In this document: positions 62,885-64,000 of the stretch, piece after piece
Numbering within the stretch: position 1 is the first letter of the stretch
Layout: each line of letters starts with the position of its first letter
NCBI RefSeq assembly: GCF_963921235.1
Contig: NC_086108.1
Location: 58,902,001 to 58,966,000 of the forward strand
Source: Mobula hypostoma
Lineage: Eukaryota
Reading direction: 5' to 3'
DNA length: 64,000 bases
Made by a program: the position numbers and the translations under genes
Notes under the pieces: generated by a model
What the model saw: the letters and a program-made list of their open reading frames with translations, nothing else
Databases searched by the model: none
What the model was told of the DNA's origin: nothing

Positions 62885-64000
62885 GGTTCCTATCCCTCTC
62901 CAATGCTATGGTAAAGGAGATAGAATTGTGATCACAATCTCCAAAATGCTCTCCCACTGAGAGACCTGACACCTGACCAGGTTCATTTCCCAATACCAGT
63001 TCAAGTACAGCCTCTCCTCTTGTAGGCTTATCTACATACTGTGTCAGGAAACCTTCCTGATCACACCTACAAACTCCACTCCATCTAAACCCCTCGCTAT
63101 AGGGAGACACCAATCAATATCAAGGAAATTAAAATCCTCCATCACGACAACCCGGTTGTCACGGCAGCGTTCCAGAATTTGTCTCCCTATCTGCTCCCCA
63201 GTATCCCTGTTACTATTGAATGGTCTATAAAAAACACCCTGTAGGGTTATTGACCCCTTCCTGTTTCTAACTTTCACCCACAGAGACTTAGTAGACAACC
63301 CCTCCATGGCTTCCTCCTTTTCTGCAGCCTTGACACTATCTCTGATCAGCAGTGCTATGCCCCCACCTCTTTTGCCTCCTTCCCTGTCCTTTCTGAAATA
63401 TCTAAAGCCTGACATTCTAAGTAGCCATTCCTGCCCCTGACCCATTCAAGTCTCTGTAATGGCCATAATATCATAGCTCCAAGTACTGATCCATGTTCTA
63501 AGCTCATCTTCTTTTTTCATGATACTCCTTGCATTAAAATAGACACATCTCAAACCATCAGTCAGAGTGCATCCCTTCTCTATCACCTGCCTATTCTCCC
63601 TCTCACACTGCCTACAAACTTTCTTTATTTGTGAGCCAATCGCCCCTTCCTCTGTCTCTTCATTTCTGTTCCCAGCCCCCTACAATTCTAGTTTAAACTC
63701 TCCCCAGTAGTCTTAGCAAATGTCCCTGCCAGGATATTGGTCCCCTTCGGATTCTAGTGCAATCTTTCCTTTTGGTACAGATCACGCCTGCGCCAAAAGA
63801 GGTCCCAATGATCCAGAAATCTGAATCCCTGCCCCCTGATCCAACCCCTCAGCTACGCATTTATCCTCCACCTCACTCTATTCCTATACTCACTGTTACG
63901 TGGCACAGGCAGTAATCCCGAGATTACTACATTTGAGGTCCTGCTTCTTTGCTTCTTTCCTAACTCCCTGTAGTCTGTTTTCAGAACGTCCTCCCTTTTC
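62885..64000 (-). mobile_element. CR1 LINE endonuclease domain and upstream (ORF1 end) region, running off the window
   Basis: GFRYFRKDREGGKRGGGIALL..GVFYRP..VVMEDFN..PTRGEAVLELVLGN..GDCDHNSI (APE endonuclease). Confidence 0.93.

Noticed and set aside
55700..64000. The preceding NEGR1 exon (..CE.AGVP...FEWY..)
   Set aside because: No matching translation noticed; it probably lies beyond the window.

Overview
AT-rich vertebrate genomic DNA; the repeat repertoire (CR1, Rex/Babar, Penelope-like, V-SINE/HE1-like, Deu-type SINE) points to a cartilaginous fish, probably a ray (inference). The only host gene is the 3' end of an IgLON-family gene, most likely NEGR1, on the minus strand. It has a 152-nt exon for the second half of Ig domain 3 (55386-55235), a 29.2-kb intron, and a terminal exon encoding the GPI-anchor signal (25990-25890). 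Upstream exons were not found in the window. The rest is intron, 3' UTR and intergenic DNA full of decayed, often nested retroelements plus one Tc1 derivative. Most notable: the Penelope-like terminal repeats carry minimal type-I hammerhead ribozyme motifs (best copy 43845-43882), mostly disabled at one CpG, and several form fold-back structures inside the NEGR1 intron. There is also a non-repeat 64-nt hairpin and a candidate cryptic exon upstream of the Ig3 exon. No prokaryote-type systems are present. Repeat boundaries and family names were assigned by eye, without a database search.
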